Positions 1 to 9,779 of a stretch of DNA of 64,000 bases are shown in pieces. The position numbers and the translations under genes were made by a program. The notes below the pieces were generated by a model. That model saw only the letters and a program-made list of their open reading frames with translations. It was not told the origin of the DNA and searched no databases. The stretch is from Candidatus Culexmicrobium cathedralense (GTDB lineage: Archaea; Thermoproteota; Methanomethylicia; Culexarchaeales; Culexmicrobiaceae): assembly GCA_025061115.1 (NCBI GenBank), contig JANZKC010000001.1, positions 384,001-448,000 on the forward strand, in the 5' to 3' direction. How positions within the stretch are numbered: position 1 is the first letter of the stretch; the number at the start of each line of letters is the position of its first letter.

Positions 1-176
1 TGGGATCCACAGTTGACAACTATCAGGGAGCCATACTCGGGAGTAGCTTCATAACCATACTTGTAGGCTCTGACCTTAAATCCAGTATGATTAGATTCAT
101 AAACTTCACCAAAAGCTGCTTCAGGGCTGGAGAAAAACTTCATCCAATCAATCCGCTCAACAACTGTTCCAACCAA
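1..176 (-). CDS. N-terminus of a probable HAS-barrel domain protein (HerA-associated), runs off the window start
   Basis: Manual translation from TTG at 176 after a GGAGGA RBS: MVGTVVERIDWMKFFSSPEAAFGEVYESNHTGFKVRAYKYGYEATPEYGSLIVVN. The GEV.ES...GF...P.YGSL.V pattern resembles HAS-barrel proteins. Lies directly downstream of the NurA-like gene. Confidence 0.55.
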   Translation of the reverse strand, partial: MVGTVVERIDWMKFFSSPEAAFGEVYESNHTGFKVRAYKYGYEATPEYGSLIVVNCGS

Positions 177-213
177 AGCAACTCCTCCAATAACCTCTAA
201 ATCCAGGAACTAA

Positions 214-1425
214 TTAAACCACGCCCCTAAGCTTACGCCTAAACTTACCGGACAAGCTCAACCTAGCCTCACCAGAACTTCTAAGCAACCTGTCAATGTA
301 AGTTAGCACCCAAGCTCTTTCGCGAGAGCTAATGTAAGCCCGCTCATGAGCCCTCTCCAAAATGTAAGGATAACCCCTACCAATAATCGACTGGGCAAGC
401 ACACCCTTATGAATGAAGTCAACATGATCAGCACACCAACTTGGAAATTCAACCCTAAACACGTTAGAAGCACCAACCTTAAGGTAAAAGCCAACAACCT
501 TCAATTCACTGAACTCGCTAGTCAATTGACTTTTAACCTCAAATAGTGGAGATCTCCATCCAAGCTCCAAGGCCTTATCAAACAAAATTAAATCCCTAAT
601 TGAAGCAAGCCTCCTGCACTCAAGCTCCTCACCACTACTAATGCACTCAGAACAAACTTTAGATCCACAAACAACCGACCTAATAACAGAGAAGGTAAAT
701 GCCCTAGACCTAGTGTAGAAAACTCCAACAGGAATTACATTCAAATTCTTTAGCTCCTCATGAAGACTCAACATTGCGCTAACAACCTTACTTCTAAATT
801 CCTTAGACCTAGCCATAAGGTAGCCCATCGAAAAACTTTCATCAAAAAGTGCAAGAGTTGCTTCGCCCTTAGGAGCCTTGCCCACCAAATCCCTAATTAC
901 CCTAAGCTCATCCTCAATCCTTTTAACCTCAAGTATCCAAGCTGGAACCCGCCTACGTCCCTTAAACTCCTCAACAATCTCCTTAGAAGCATAGAAAAAA
1001 GGAGTGCTTCCCTCCAAGTAAATTGACTTCCTGCCATAGAGAACAGCTTGATACCCAACATTAACCAAGAGAAATACTGGTGAAATATGAGGCGTAGGAG
1101 TGATTTCACTAGTATCAACACCAATAATTAAAGTTCTCGAGAGAGCTTCATCAGCCCACCTCTCATCAATTGGTCTAAGTGGACTCCAATTTGGAGGTGG
1201 CTTAGGATTAAACTCCAAGGGATAAGCAATCTCCCTAAACCGCCTAATAAGCTTGGACTCCTCACTTGCAAGCAATTTCAAATTGCCAAAGCTCAGCTTC
1301 CTAAAGGCATCCACCATTACTTCAGAAAGTTCTGGAAAACGATTAGCCTCATCAATTAACAACTGAAGCTTCTCCCTAATTTGAACTTGAACTTTAGGTG
1401 CATCCAGCACGTTCTCAACCCACAT
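214..1425 (-). CDS. nurA: NurA-family nuclease
   Basis: Motifs IIGVDTSE, LFDESF, RVEFPSW and GYPYILERAHERAYIS are typical of NurA. Confidence 0.8.
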   Translation of the reverse strand: MWVENVLDAPKVQVQIREKLQLLIDEANRFPELSEVMVDAFRKLSFGNLKLLASEESKLIRRFREIAYPLEFNPKPPPNWSPLRPIDERWADEALSRTLIIGVDTSEITPTPHISPVFLLVNVGYQAVLYGRKSIYLEGSTPFFYASKEIVEEFKGRRRVPAWILEVKRIEDELRVIRDLVGKAPKGEATLALFDESFSMGYLMARSKEFRSKVVSAMLSLHEELKNLNVIPVGVFYTRSRAFTFSVIRSVVCGSKVCSECISSGEELECRRLASIRDLILFDKALELGWRSPLFEVKSQLTSEFSELKVVGFYLKVGASNVFRVEFPSWCADHVDFIHKGVLAQSIIGRGYPYILERAHERAYISSRERAWVLTYIDRLLRSSGEARLSLSGKFRRKLRGVV

Positions 1426-1542
1426 TAATAGTTATGATAGCATCTATAAAGATTCTAGCTACAAAAATCTTGAATACATCATGCATATCGAAATACGGGC
1501 AATACTATAGATAACTTAATAATAGATTTACATAAAAGTAAA

Positions 1543-3153
1543 TTAAAGGTCTTTTAGAGCCAAATATTTTAGCTTCACTTGTTTAAAATTAGTATATATT
1601 TTATCTTTATCTAGCCTAATTACAATTCTCTTTAGCCAAGTGTCATCTCTTTGGTTTGGAAAGTCACTTCTATAGTGTGCACCTCGGCTTTCTTCTCGCA
1701 GTAAAGCTGACATTCCGACTACTTCGGCAATTAGAATCATGTTTTGAAGCTCTAGTGCCTCCATAACTTCAATTTTATTTGAAGCTCTTATTTCCCTAGC
1801 TTCACTTTTAACTTCAGCAATGAATTTTAGTAGCTCATTTAAATCATCCTTATTTCTAATTACTCCGCACTTATGCCACATTGCGCTTTTGAGCTTTAAT
1901 TTCAACTCTTTTGGATTAATTCGTCCAACTTTGAAAGCACTTATTTGGGCTTCATACTTCTTAATTATACCTTGGTCAATGCCTATTTCTTTGCAAGTCT
2001 TTGCCCACTCAGCTGCTGCCCTTCCAGCTCTAGCTCCAAAAACTATTGCCTCTGTTAGTGCATTGCCCCCCAGCCTGTTTGCTCCATGAACTCCGCCAGC
2101 AACTTCCCCGCAGGCATAAAGTCCTGGAACCTTTGTTTCGCCATTAACGCCTATCTCGACGCCGCCCATGGTGAAGTGCGCTAGTGGAGCTACCTTCACT
2201 CTACTCTTAGTTATCTTTAGTATTCTAATTAGCGATTGAGCTATTCTCGATAATATTTTCGATTTTCCTCCAGCTTCGCTGGTTAAATCTAGAATTAACG
2301 CTTCATCAACTCCTCTTCCCTCTTTAATTTCGATCCACATAGCCCTTGATAGTAGGTCTCTAAATTGAATTGCAGCTACCGAAAGTGGAGCATCGATATG
2401 ATACTTCTCGAGTATATCTTCATTTATTGAGTTAACTAGTTTTCCCGATACTGCTGGGAAAAGCCATGTAGGCATTCCCTTCTCAGCTAGACCTAGAGGG
2501 AAGAACTGCGTGAACTCCATGTCAATTAAGTTTGCACCTGCTTTAAGGGCCATTGCACATCCATCGCCAGTTACTCTAACAGGATTGTCGTTTCTGAGAA
2601 AAAGTTGACTGTAGCCTCCAGTAGCTAAGATCACTGCCTTAGCGGAAACTGCTCGAACCTTACCGGAATTTACATCATAGAGTATTACTCCATAAACGCG
2701 ATCCTCAACCAATATGTCGATTGCCATTACGCCCTCAATAAATTTAACTCCAATGCTAGATGTGTAGTTGGCCAGCGGTTTTACCAAACCAAGTCCACTT
2801 GCCGGTGGAGTTCCATGAACATATGTACCTCCAGGCCGCACTTTAATTTCAACACCGAAATTCTTCAATTCTAATAGCCGTTCAGGAGCTTCGAGAACCA
2901 TCAACCGCACTAATTCCTGATCATTAAGGAACTTGCCACCAACAATTGTCTCCTCAAAGTGTCTCTCAAGACTGTAGCCCTCAAAAGCAGCTTTAAATCC
3001 ACCTCCAGCATACATGGTTGAAGAAGCATATCCAATTGGAGCTTTGGAAGCTATAGCAACCTTTGCGCCCTCCTTGGCAGCTGCAATAGCAGCTCTTAAT
3101 CCAGCTGCACCACCGCCAATAACCAAAACGTCAGTGGATGACAAGCAGGACAC
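1543..3153 (-). CDS. Succinate dehydrogenase/fumarate reductase/L-aspartate oxidase family flavoprotein
   Basis: IGGGAAG FAD motif, AHFTMGG, GVHGANRLGGNAL, REESRGAHYRSDFP. Confidence 0.85.
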   Translation of the reverse strand: MSCLSSTDVLVIGGGAAGLRAAIAAAKEGAKVAIASKAPIGYASSTMYAGGGFKAAFEGYSLERHFEETIVGGKFLNDQELVRLMVLEAPERLLELKNFGVEIKVRPGGTYVHGTPPASGLGLVKPLANYTSSIGVKFIEGVMAIDILVEDRVYGVILYDVNSGKVRAVSAKAVILATGGYSQLFLRNDNPVRVTGDGCAMALKAGANLIDMEFTQFFPLGLAEKGMPTWLFPAVSGKLVNSINEDILEKYHIDAPLSVAAIQFRDLLSRAMWIEIKEGRGVDEALILDLTSEAGGKSKILSRIAQSLIRILKITKSRVKVAPLAHFTMGGVEIGVNGETKVPGLYACGEVAGGVHGANRLGGNALTEAIVFGARAGRAAAEWAKTCKEIGIDQGIIKKYEAQISAFKVGRINPKELKLKLKSAMWHKCGVIRNKDDLNELLKFIAEVKSEAREIRASNKIEVMEALELQNMILIAEVVGMSALLREESRGAHYRSDFPNQRDDTWLKRIVIRLDKDKIYTNFKQVKLKYLALKDL

Positions 3154-3250
3154 CTAGCTAAAATCGATTTCAAAACTTAAAAGCATTAAGAAAAGACATC
3201 CAACATATTATGAAAATAATTATGAATAAATTTAGCATAAATTAAAAGTG

Positions 3251-3808
3251 CTAGAGACCCAGTTCCTCAGCTATTCCCTTCAATGCCTCTAAGCTTAATT
3301 CCAGAAAAGTTCTAAGATCCAAGCCTATATCTTCGCATAGTAGGATTCTCGAGCGATTAACACCTCTTGCGAAGTCTTTCTGCTTAAACTTCTTAAGTAG
3401 ACTTCTAACTTTAACTTCCTCAAGCTTCTTATTGGGCATTACGAGCGCAGTGGCCACTATTAATCCTGAAGCGTGATCTGCAGCTTTAAGTGCTATTGCA
3501 AGCTTCGAGGTAGCTTTGAAGCCCAAAGCATCATTATGACACTTGATGGCATCTAGAGCTTCATCGGGAAGTACATCCTTCAACAACTCAACAGTCTTCA
3601 ATCCATGGACATTCATGTCTCCACCTGTGAGCTCGTAGTCCAGGTCATGAAGAAGTCCCGTTAAACCCCAAAGCTCCGCATTCTCGTTGAAATGTTCAGC
3701 CAATTTCCTCATTATCGCCTCTACAGCAAGCATGTGCTTAATCAACTTACCATTTTTCACGTACTTTCCAATTAACTTAAGGGCTTCATCACGACTAATT
3801 TCCTGCAA
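3251..3808 (-). CDS. HD/HDIG domain metal-dependent phosphohydrolase
   Basis: KHMLAVE...GLLHDLDYE...HG...CHN...AAD pattern. Confidence 0.85.
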   Translation of the reverse strand: MQEISRDEALKLIGKYVKNGKLIKHMLAVEAIMRKLAEHFNENAELWGLTGLLHDLDYELTGGDMNVHGLKTVELLKDVLPDEALDAIKCHNDALGFKATSKLAIALKAADHASGLIVATALVMPNKKLEEVKVRSLLKKFKQKDFARGVNRSRILLCEDIGLDLRTFLELSLEALKGIAEELGL

Positions 3809-4055
3809 TCTACCTCACCCGATACAAAGTATGCCAATAATGTGATTATTAACTCTTGCAGTGTAGGATTTCAAATAGAAAGCTCATAATAAATCATCAT
3901 ATTTTGAAAACACGTTTGATCATATCTAACTATACTACCTAAACTAGATATATGATAATTACATCAATCTGATTATACAAGTAGAAAATTATGCATAATC
4001 TTATTAGGATTATATGGAGAGGATGTGTTTCACTACTTTAAATATAAAATTATTA

Positions 4056-4863
4056 TTAAATTTTGTTAATGCTTAGCAAACTAGTGTATAAGTCCACTCT
4101 TCTATCCTTCATAATGTGATTGTATTTTGTAATCCATTTGTTTCTTGCTTGAGAAATGTCAATGTCCACCACTCCAACATCTCCTTCCTCACTTCCTGCT
4201 TGAATGAGAACTTCCATTTTTGGGCTTGTCGCTTGGCTTAAACCTATGAACTTAAGTTTTTCACCTCCACGCTCATCAACTCCCACTCTATTAGCGGTAA
4301 TTGTGAAAACTATATTTTCAATGAATCTTGCCAGCATTACTTTAGGAGCGTAAGGTAAGACTAGATTTGCTGGGTGGCAAATTATGTCGGCACATTTAAT
4401 TGCCAAAATCCTCGCAGCATCTGGAAAACACCAATCAAAGCATATTATTACTCCAATTTTAGCTAAACTTATATCAAACACTTTAAAGCTTGAATCGCCT
4501 TGAGCGAATATGAATTTCTCCTTATAAAATAGGTGGGATTTTCGGTAAGCTCCAATGAAACCATTGGGACCAACTATAACTGCAGAGTTGAAACTTTCTT
4601 TTCAGCGCGTTCAGCTATTCCAGCAACTATATATGTCTTAGTTTTCTCGGCAATCTCAATTAACTTCTTGGTGGTAAACCCGTTTGGAATTGGTTCGGAA
4701 AGCTCTAGAGCTTCTTCTTCACTTAAAAAAGATATCCAGTGTTAAATAGCTCTGGAAGTATGAGTAGGTCTGCATCGGCTTCTTCAATTAAGCTGATGGC
4801 CTTCTCAACGTTTTCCTTTATCATTCCAAATTTTGGTGCTAGTTGAACATACCCTATTTTCAC
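4056..4863 (-). pseudogene. Carbon-nitrogen hydrolase (nitrilase family), two frameshifts
   Basis: GTG at 4863 gives MKIGYVQLAPKFG...LILPELFNTGYLF* (break in a T6 run near 4725). A second shift lies near 4595, then FNSAV...YRKSHLF...ICFDWCFP. The E-K-C triad is split across three frames. Confidence 0.85.
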
Positions 4864-4896
4864 TTACTAACCTCTAAAAATGGATGTGAAGCGATG

Positions 4897-6102
4897 TTAT
4901 GCTGGAATTATTAGGTCCTCCAAGTTTCTAGGGTAGTAAGTTACGACTTCAGCTCCATCCTCAGTTATTATGACTGTATCTGAGTGCCTGAAACCTGCGA
5001 AGCCAGGTATGTATATTCCCGGCTCACAGCTGAAGACCATTCCCGGCTTTAGAATGGTATTATCACCATCTTCAATCCAAGGAGGCTCATGTCCTTCCAA
5101 TCCAATTCCATGTCCAACTCTGTGAAGAATGTACTCTGCTGGAACGCCTTCCTCCTTAAATACTTTGAATGCCGCCTTATTAACTTCACACGCCTTTATT
5201 CCGGGCTTGAAAGCATCTAAAGCTGCTTGCTGAGCTTTAACCATTATGTTGAAGTACTTCTCCTGCTTCTTCGTTGGCTTTCCAACGATCATTGTCCTCT
5301 CAAGCTCAGCACTATATCCTCCAATTTTAGCTCCAGCTCCAGTGACCAGCACGTCTCCTTCCTTCACAATCATGCTTCCAGCAAGCATGTGTGGATAAGC
5401 TGAATACTCACCTATTTGACCCCTAAATCCAGCTCTAGCCGGTAGAGAATTTCCAGGATCAAATTCTGGGCCTAGAGTTTTAATCATGGCTACTGAAGCC
5501 TCATAACTTGCTCTCATTGCAATCTCAGTTTCAATGAGGCCTGGAGAAGTGTAGTCCTGCAGTAGTCTATGAGCCAAATTGGCCCACTTAGCGCTTTCCC
5601 TAATCAAGTTTAACTCCTCTTCGCATTTGATTAGCCTCATATCATCAATTATGTCCGGCGCAAGTACAACTTTCATTTTTGGAAGAACTTCATTGAGCTT
5701 CGGCCCCTTATACCCCATAATTCCAGGATATCCTGGAGCGTCCGCAGCAACACTCTTGTCGTGAAGCTTCATTTCCTCTAAAGCTTTAGCCAAAACTTTC
5801 ATTGGATGCTCGACGCCAGGATACTCGAAGTAAACTATTCTCTTCCTAATATATGGAATTCTAAATTTAGAGTGATCCTCCTCAAGTTTTGGTATGAAGA
5901 GTGCAGGCTCATCAGCTACTGGAAGTATTAGTGCTATTGGCCTCTCAGTTGGTATAACAGTATATCCAGTCAGGTAAAATATTCTCAGTGGACTGAAAAG
6001 TATTAGTGCATGCAAATCCTTTTTCTCAAGCGTCTTCCTTACAGAATCCATTCTCTTCATGTAGGTCGAATTACTAATTGAGAATCGAGACACACCTATC
6101 AC
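4897..6102 (-). CDS. Xaa-Pro aminopeptidase/prolidase (M24)
   Basis: HRVGHGIGLEGHEPP, CEPGIY, RHSDT; creatinase-like N-terminal domain. Confidence 0.9.
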   Translation of the reverse strand: MIGVSRFSISNSTYMKRMDSVRKTLEKKDLHALILFSPLRIFYLTGYTVIPTERPIALILPVADEPALFIPKLEEDHSKFRIPYIRKRIVYFEYPGVEHPMKVLAKALEEMKLHDKSVAADAPGYPGIMGYKGPKLNEVLPKMKVVLAPDIIDDMRLIKCEEELNLIRESAKWANLAHRLLQDYTSPGLIETEIAMRASYEASVAMIKTLGPEFDPGNSLPARAGFRGQIGEYSAYPHMLAGSMIVKEGDVLVTGAGAKIGGYSAELERTMIVGKPTKKQEKYFNIMVKAQQAALDAFKPGIKACEVNKAAFKVFKEEGVPAEYILHRVGHGIGLEGHEPPWIEDGDNTILKPGMVFSCEPGIYIPGFAGFRHSDTVIITEDGAEVVTYYPRNLEDLIIPA

Positions 6103-6142
6103 CAGTAAAATAATTGGGTATAAAGGTTTAAAGCCTATTTGG

Positions 6143-7102
6143 TTAAAGAATTATAGAGCGCAGAATGCTAATAGCTTCAACCATGACTTTCATCTTTCCA
6201 ACCGCTAATTTCTGAGCTTCATCTTCATCTCCTAAAACTTGCCTAAAAGCTCTAAAGCCGCAGTCTGGAGCTAAAAATAGGCGTTCATAGCCAAATCTCT
6301 CTCCAGCACTCTCAATGAAATCAATGACCTCAGCTACGCTTTCCAATTTAATTCTACTATCGTCAGGAGCCGTTTGCACGCACCCCAACCCTAGAATTTT
6401 ATCATACATTTCAAGGTCACGCCTAGAATATGCGGAGAGATTCTGCGGGAAACCCTTAAACTCGTGATGCAGTATTTGAGCAGATGTTTGAAGAAGTATT
6501 TGGGTTAACCCCCTAACATCTCCACAGACGTGAACTCCAGTTAGCTTCCCCTTACTTCTAGCTACCTTCAGAGGGCGGCTTATAGACTTAATTAAAAGCT
6601 CATCATCCAATCCCAGCCATGAAGCATAGGATAGGGATGGCTCATCAATAAAAACTACTTTAACCCCGCCAACCGAAGATAATTGCTCAACTATCTTAGC
6701 CATAGCTTCAATAAACTCCTCAACTATGCTTGGATAACTCAAAGCAACCTTATTTTCGGTAACTTTCGTTACTGAAGCCAGCGTTAAAGGACCAGTAACT
6801 TGAATCTTCAAATCCGCACGCCCTCTAATTTCTGAAATAATTTTTAACGCTTCCTCGATTTGATCAATTAAGTTGCGTGCATTGGGAGCTTTAAGTGATG
6901 AAGTTAACCATGGAGTTTCATCAACGATATCTATTCCACATTTCTGAGATGCAAACTCCTTAAGGTATATTAGGCAGAAATCCTCCAGCTGCGGCAATGC
7001 AGGGTAGTCTATGCCTACTTCAACCTGATCAATAACAGCTCTTCTAAAATTATCTTTTGAAGAAGATAGCGGGAAGCTACCAATAGTCGTAGTTGGCAGC
7101 AT
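6143..7102 (-). CDS. Cobalamin-independent methionine synthase catalytic-domain (core MetE-like) protein
   Basis: TTTIGSFP start, IDEPSL, HVC zinc motif, LAPDCG. Confidence 0.75.
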   Translation of the reverse strand: MLPTTTIGSFPLSSSKDNFRRAVIDQVEVGIDYPALPQLEDFCLIYLKEFASQKCGIDIVDETPWLTSSLKAPNARNLIDQIEEALKIISEIRGRADLKIQVTGPLTLASVTKVTENKVALSYPSIVEEFIEAMAKIVEQLSSVGGVKVVFIDEPSLSYASWLGLDDELLIKSISRPLKVARSKGKLTGVHVCGDVRGLTQILLQTSAQILHHEFKGFPQNLSAYSRRDLEMYDKILGLGCVQTAPDDSRIKLESVAEVIDFIESAGERFGYERLFLAPDCGFRAFRQVLGDEDEAQKLAVGKMKVMVEAISILRSIIL

Positions 7103-7147
7103 AATTAAAATTGAATGAACATTTAGCTTAATAATTTATTTGCAGCT

Positions 7148-7732
7148 TCACCCCTCCAATTCGGTTTTTGGCGCTGAAGCCATTTCTTCCAGCTCCTCAA
7201 TGCTGTCTTTATAGCCGCTAACCATGAGGAGGTCATCTGCATCAACTATGAAGTCGTTTGGCGGATTTCTATTCCACCTACCTCCAAGCTTCTTAACTGC
7301 TAAAACTTTAATTCCCATTTCATCTAAGGCAAGCTCCTCAAGGCTTTTTCCATCGAGCTCGCTTCCCTCCTCAACCCTAACTATAGCTACGCTCTCCTCA
7401 ACCTCATGGAAAACAACGCGAAGTATTGGATGCGGCGGAAGGCCTCTTGCAACAACATCTGCTATAGAGGCAGCTGCGTCGGATATAGCTTCAGCCGACA
7501 AGCCAAGCCTTATTAGTCCTAAAACTCCTCTCTCTTGACCCTCCCTCTCCTTAAGCTTTAAAACTTCAAGCTCAAACTCCGTGTGAAGCTCGTCAACCTC
7601 CTCCTCCAGGCGCAGTACCTCTTCAGCAAAGACTTTATCATTGTAAAGGAGCGCCGAATAAGCGAGATCTATCATGGTTCTAGACGTGTCCAACAGCCTT
7701 AACAGCAGATTCTCGATTCGCTCTAAGCTCAC
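7148..7732 (-). CDS. PhoU-like + TrkA-C domain protein
   Basis: MIDLAYSALL helical domain plus a C-terminal RCK-C domain; paralogous to the upstream gene. Confidence 0.8.
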   Translation of the reverse strand: MSLERIENLLLRLLDTSRTMIDLAYSALLYNDKVFAEEVLRLEEEVDELHTEFELEVLKLKEREGQERGVLGLIRLGLSAEAISDAAASIADVVARGLPPHPILRVVFHEVEESVAIVRVEEGSELDGKSLEELALDEMGIKVLAVKKLGGRWNRNPPNDFIVDADDLLMVSGYKDSIEELEEMASAPKTELEG

Positions 7733-8382
7733 TATTCAATCACCTCATTCCAATCCTTAATTTCGCCAGAAGCAACTTTAGCGAAATCCTCAAGGCAGTC
7801 AGCAGGCCCCTTCACCAAAACTACATCTCCAACCTGGAATTTCTCGAAGTCCTCTGGATCTATGATAAGCTCCTTACCCCTCCTTATTGCAATGACGTAA
7901 ATTCCAAGTTCAACATCTAAGTCCAGTTCACCAATAGACTTACCCACTAAGTATGAGTCCTTAGCAATTACAACTCTCTTATAATGAGGCTCAATTTTCT
8001 CCAAAACCTCTCTAACAGCAGGATGAATGCCCAGCTTCCTAAGAACTACATGAGTTATATCCGAAACGGCATTCGAAATCTCATCCATGGCTATGGCAAC
8101 CTTAACGACGCTCGACATCGACTCAGCATCCGCCCTATCTCTAACCGCAATTGCAGCGCTCATCCAAAGCTGGTAAAGCAAAGAATCGATTTCCCGCTCA
8201 AGCTCGAGAACCTCATTAGCCAAATCTTCATCGTTAAGTAGCACTGAAGCATAAGCTAAATCTATCATCAAGCCGCAGATGTCCTTCATTTCCTTCAAGA
8301 CTTCCCTAACGGACATCGGCTTCAAGTGAAATCCAAATTCATCAGAATACTTGCGCCTCATATGAAATCTATAAACCCCCAA
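7732..8382 (-). CDS. PhoU-like + TrkA-C domain protein
   Basis: MIDLAYASVL; SYLVGKSIGEL...VIAIRRG...GDVVLVKG RCK-C motif. Confidence 0.8.
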   Translation of the reverse strand: MGVYRFHMRRKYSDEFGFHLKPMSVREVLKEMKDICGLMIDLAYASVLLNDEDLANEVLELEREIDSLLYQLWMSAAIAVRDRADAESMSSVVKVAIAMDEISNAVSDITHVVLRKLGIHPAVREVLEKIEPHYKRVVIAKDSYLVGKSIGELDLDVELGIYVIAIRRGKELIIDPEDFEKFQVGDVVLVKGPADCLEDFAKVASGEIKDWNEVIE

Positions 8383-8424
8383 TTCTCACTAACAAATACA
8401 ACATATGATACTTAAAAATTTAAG

Positions 8425-9642
8425 CTAAATGCTTGCAAGCAAAAACCTAACGACAAGCACAATAATGGTCGTTCCAAGAATATCAGCAATTGAGCTCTCA
8501 AGAGGAATAACCAAATTGTCAGGATCCCAACCCTTGTTGTAGGCAATCACTCCAATTGCAAATGAAAGCACTGAAATGAGGGCGGAGCCCAGCAAGCTTA
8601 CCAACAGGCATAAAATAATTAATGAAGGCAAACTAGCAGGAATGCCCGTAGCAATGCATAGAGAATAGCTAGACAAACCATATATAAGGTGAAGTAGAAG
8701 CGATGAAATCTGCATGCTAACAACATCCAGCGCTACCTCCCTAAATGAAGAAAGTCTAGGCATAATTAAGCCCAATGCAAGCTTAGTTGTAGTTGTGGAA
8801 CCCACCATCGATCCAAAGCCGCCAAGCGCATTCAATAGAACTGGATAAACAACTATTATTTCAGGCCTAGCCTCCAATGCGTACTTAAAGCTAGCCAATA
8901 TAACTCCACCAATAACGCCGCCAAAACTAGTTAACAATATAACTGGCGAAGCCTCTCTGATAGTTGAAGCGTAAACTCTCAACTTCAAATCCTGCCTAGA
9001 AAAATAGATTAAAGTCGAAAGCGCTATTAAAGCTAAAGCTGCAATCACGATGATTGAGGCGGGATAGTGATTCAGCGTGAAGTGCACCGTAACCGCATAG
9101 CACGCTGCAACGAGAACGTCACTAATAATTGCAACTACAGGGTATACGATGATGTCGGGGTCTAAGCCCCTCTTAAAGCTTAGAAAAGCCGTAAAAATCG
9201 TGATGGGCATGGATATGATGGTGGCCAATGCACATGAAGCTAATGGAGTCACTATAAAATATGGAAGGTCAGCAGCGGAAGCATGGCCAGCAGGCAGGTT
9301 AACTATGAAAGTTAAAATCCCCATGCCTATCGAGTCAATGAAGGTCAGCATGAAAATAGCTCGAAGTAGAGCGTAAAATTCGGAAGTATTCTTCATAAAG
9401 CTGACTTTAATTTGACCAGTATGAATCATTGTTCCAAGCTTACCAGACAAAACCCCGCTAATATCGCCCCTTAAAGTCAAAATTGAAGGATATAAAGCTA
9501 TAATCCAAGGAATGGCTACAAATAGGTGGCTAAAGGATGAAATTATGCGGCCGGAAAACATTCCGCCGATGCTAAATGTCAAGGCTATTGTTGACTGAAT
9601 AAAAGTTCTAAGAAAACGCTGCCGACTATTGTAAAGCCTCAT
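8425..9642 (-). CDS. MgtE-type divalent cation transporter (duplicated membrane domain)
   Basis: Two repeats with GLDPDIIVYP and GWDPDNLVIP...ADILG motifs. Confidence 0.85.
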   Translation of the reverse strand: MRLYNSRQRFLRTFIQSTIALTFSIGGMFSGRIISSFSHLFVAIPWIIALYPSILTLRGDISGVLSGKLGTMIHTGQIKVSFMKNTSEFYALLRAIFMLTFIDSIGMGILTFIVNLPAGHASAADLPYFIVTPLASCALATIISMPITIFTAFLSFKRGLDPDIIVYPVVAIISDVLVAACYAVTVHFTLNHYPASIIVIAALALIALSTLIYFSRQDLKLRVYASTIREASPVILLTSFGGVIGGVILASFKYALEARPEIIVVYPVLLNALGGFGSMVGSTTTTKLALGLIMPRLSSFREVALDVVSMQISSLLLHLIYGLSSYSLCIATGIPASLPSLIILCLLVSLLGSALISVLSFAIGVIAYNKGWDPDNLVIPLESSIADILGTTIIVLVVRFLLASI

Positions 9643-9779
9643 TGCCCCATCGCTAACAACCTCACTCCGCTGTGGCTTTACGATTAAATAGCACTATAAT
9701 ATTTAGTTTTTCATTCATATGAAATAGCTTCCGACAATACTATTTAGTCACCTCCCCAATAAGGTGTAGTGGTGAGAAC

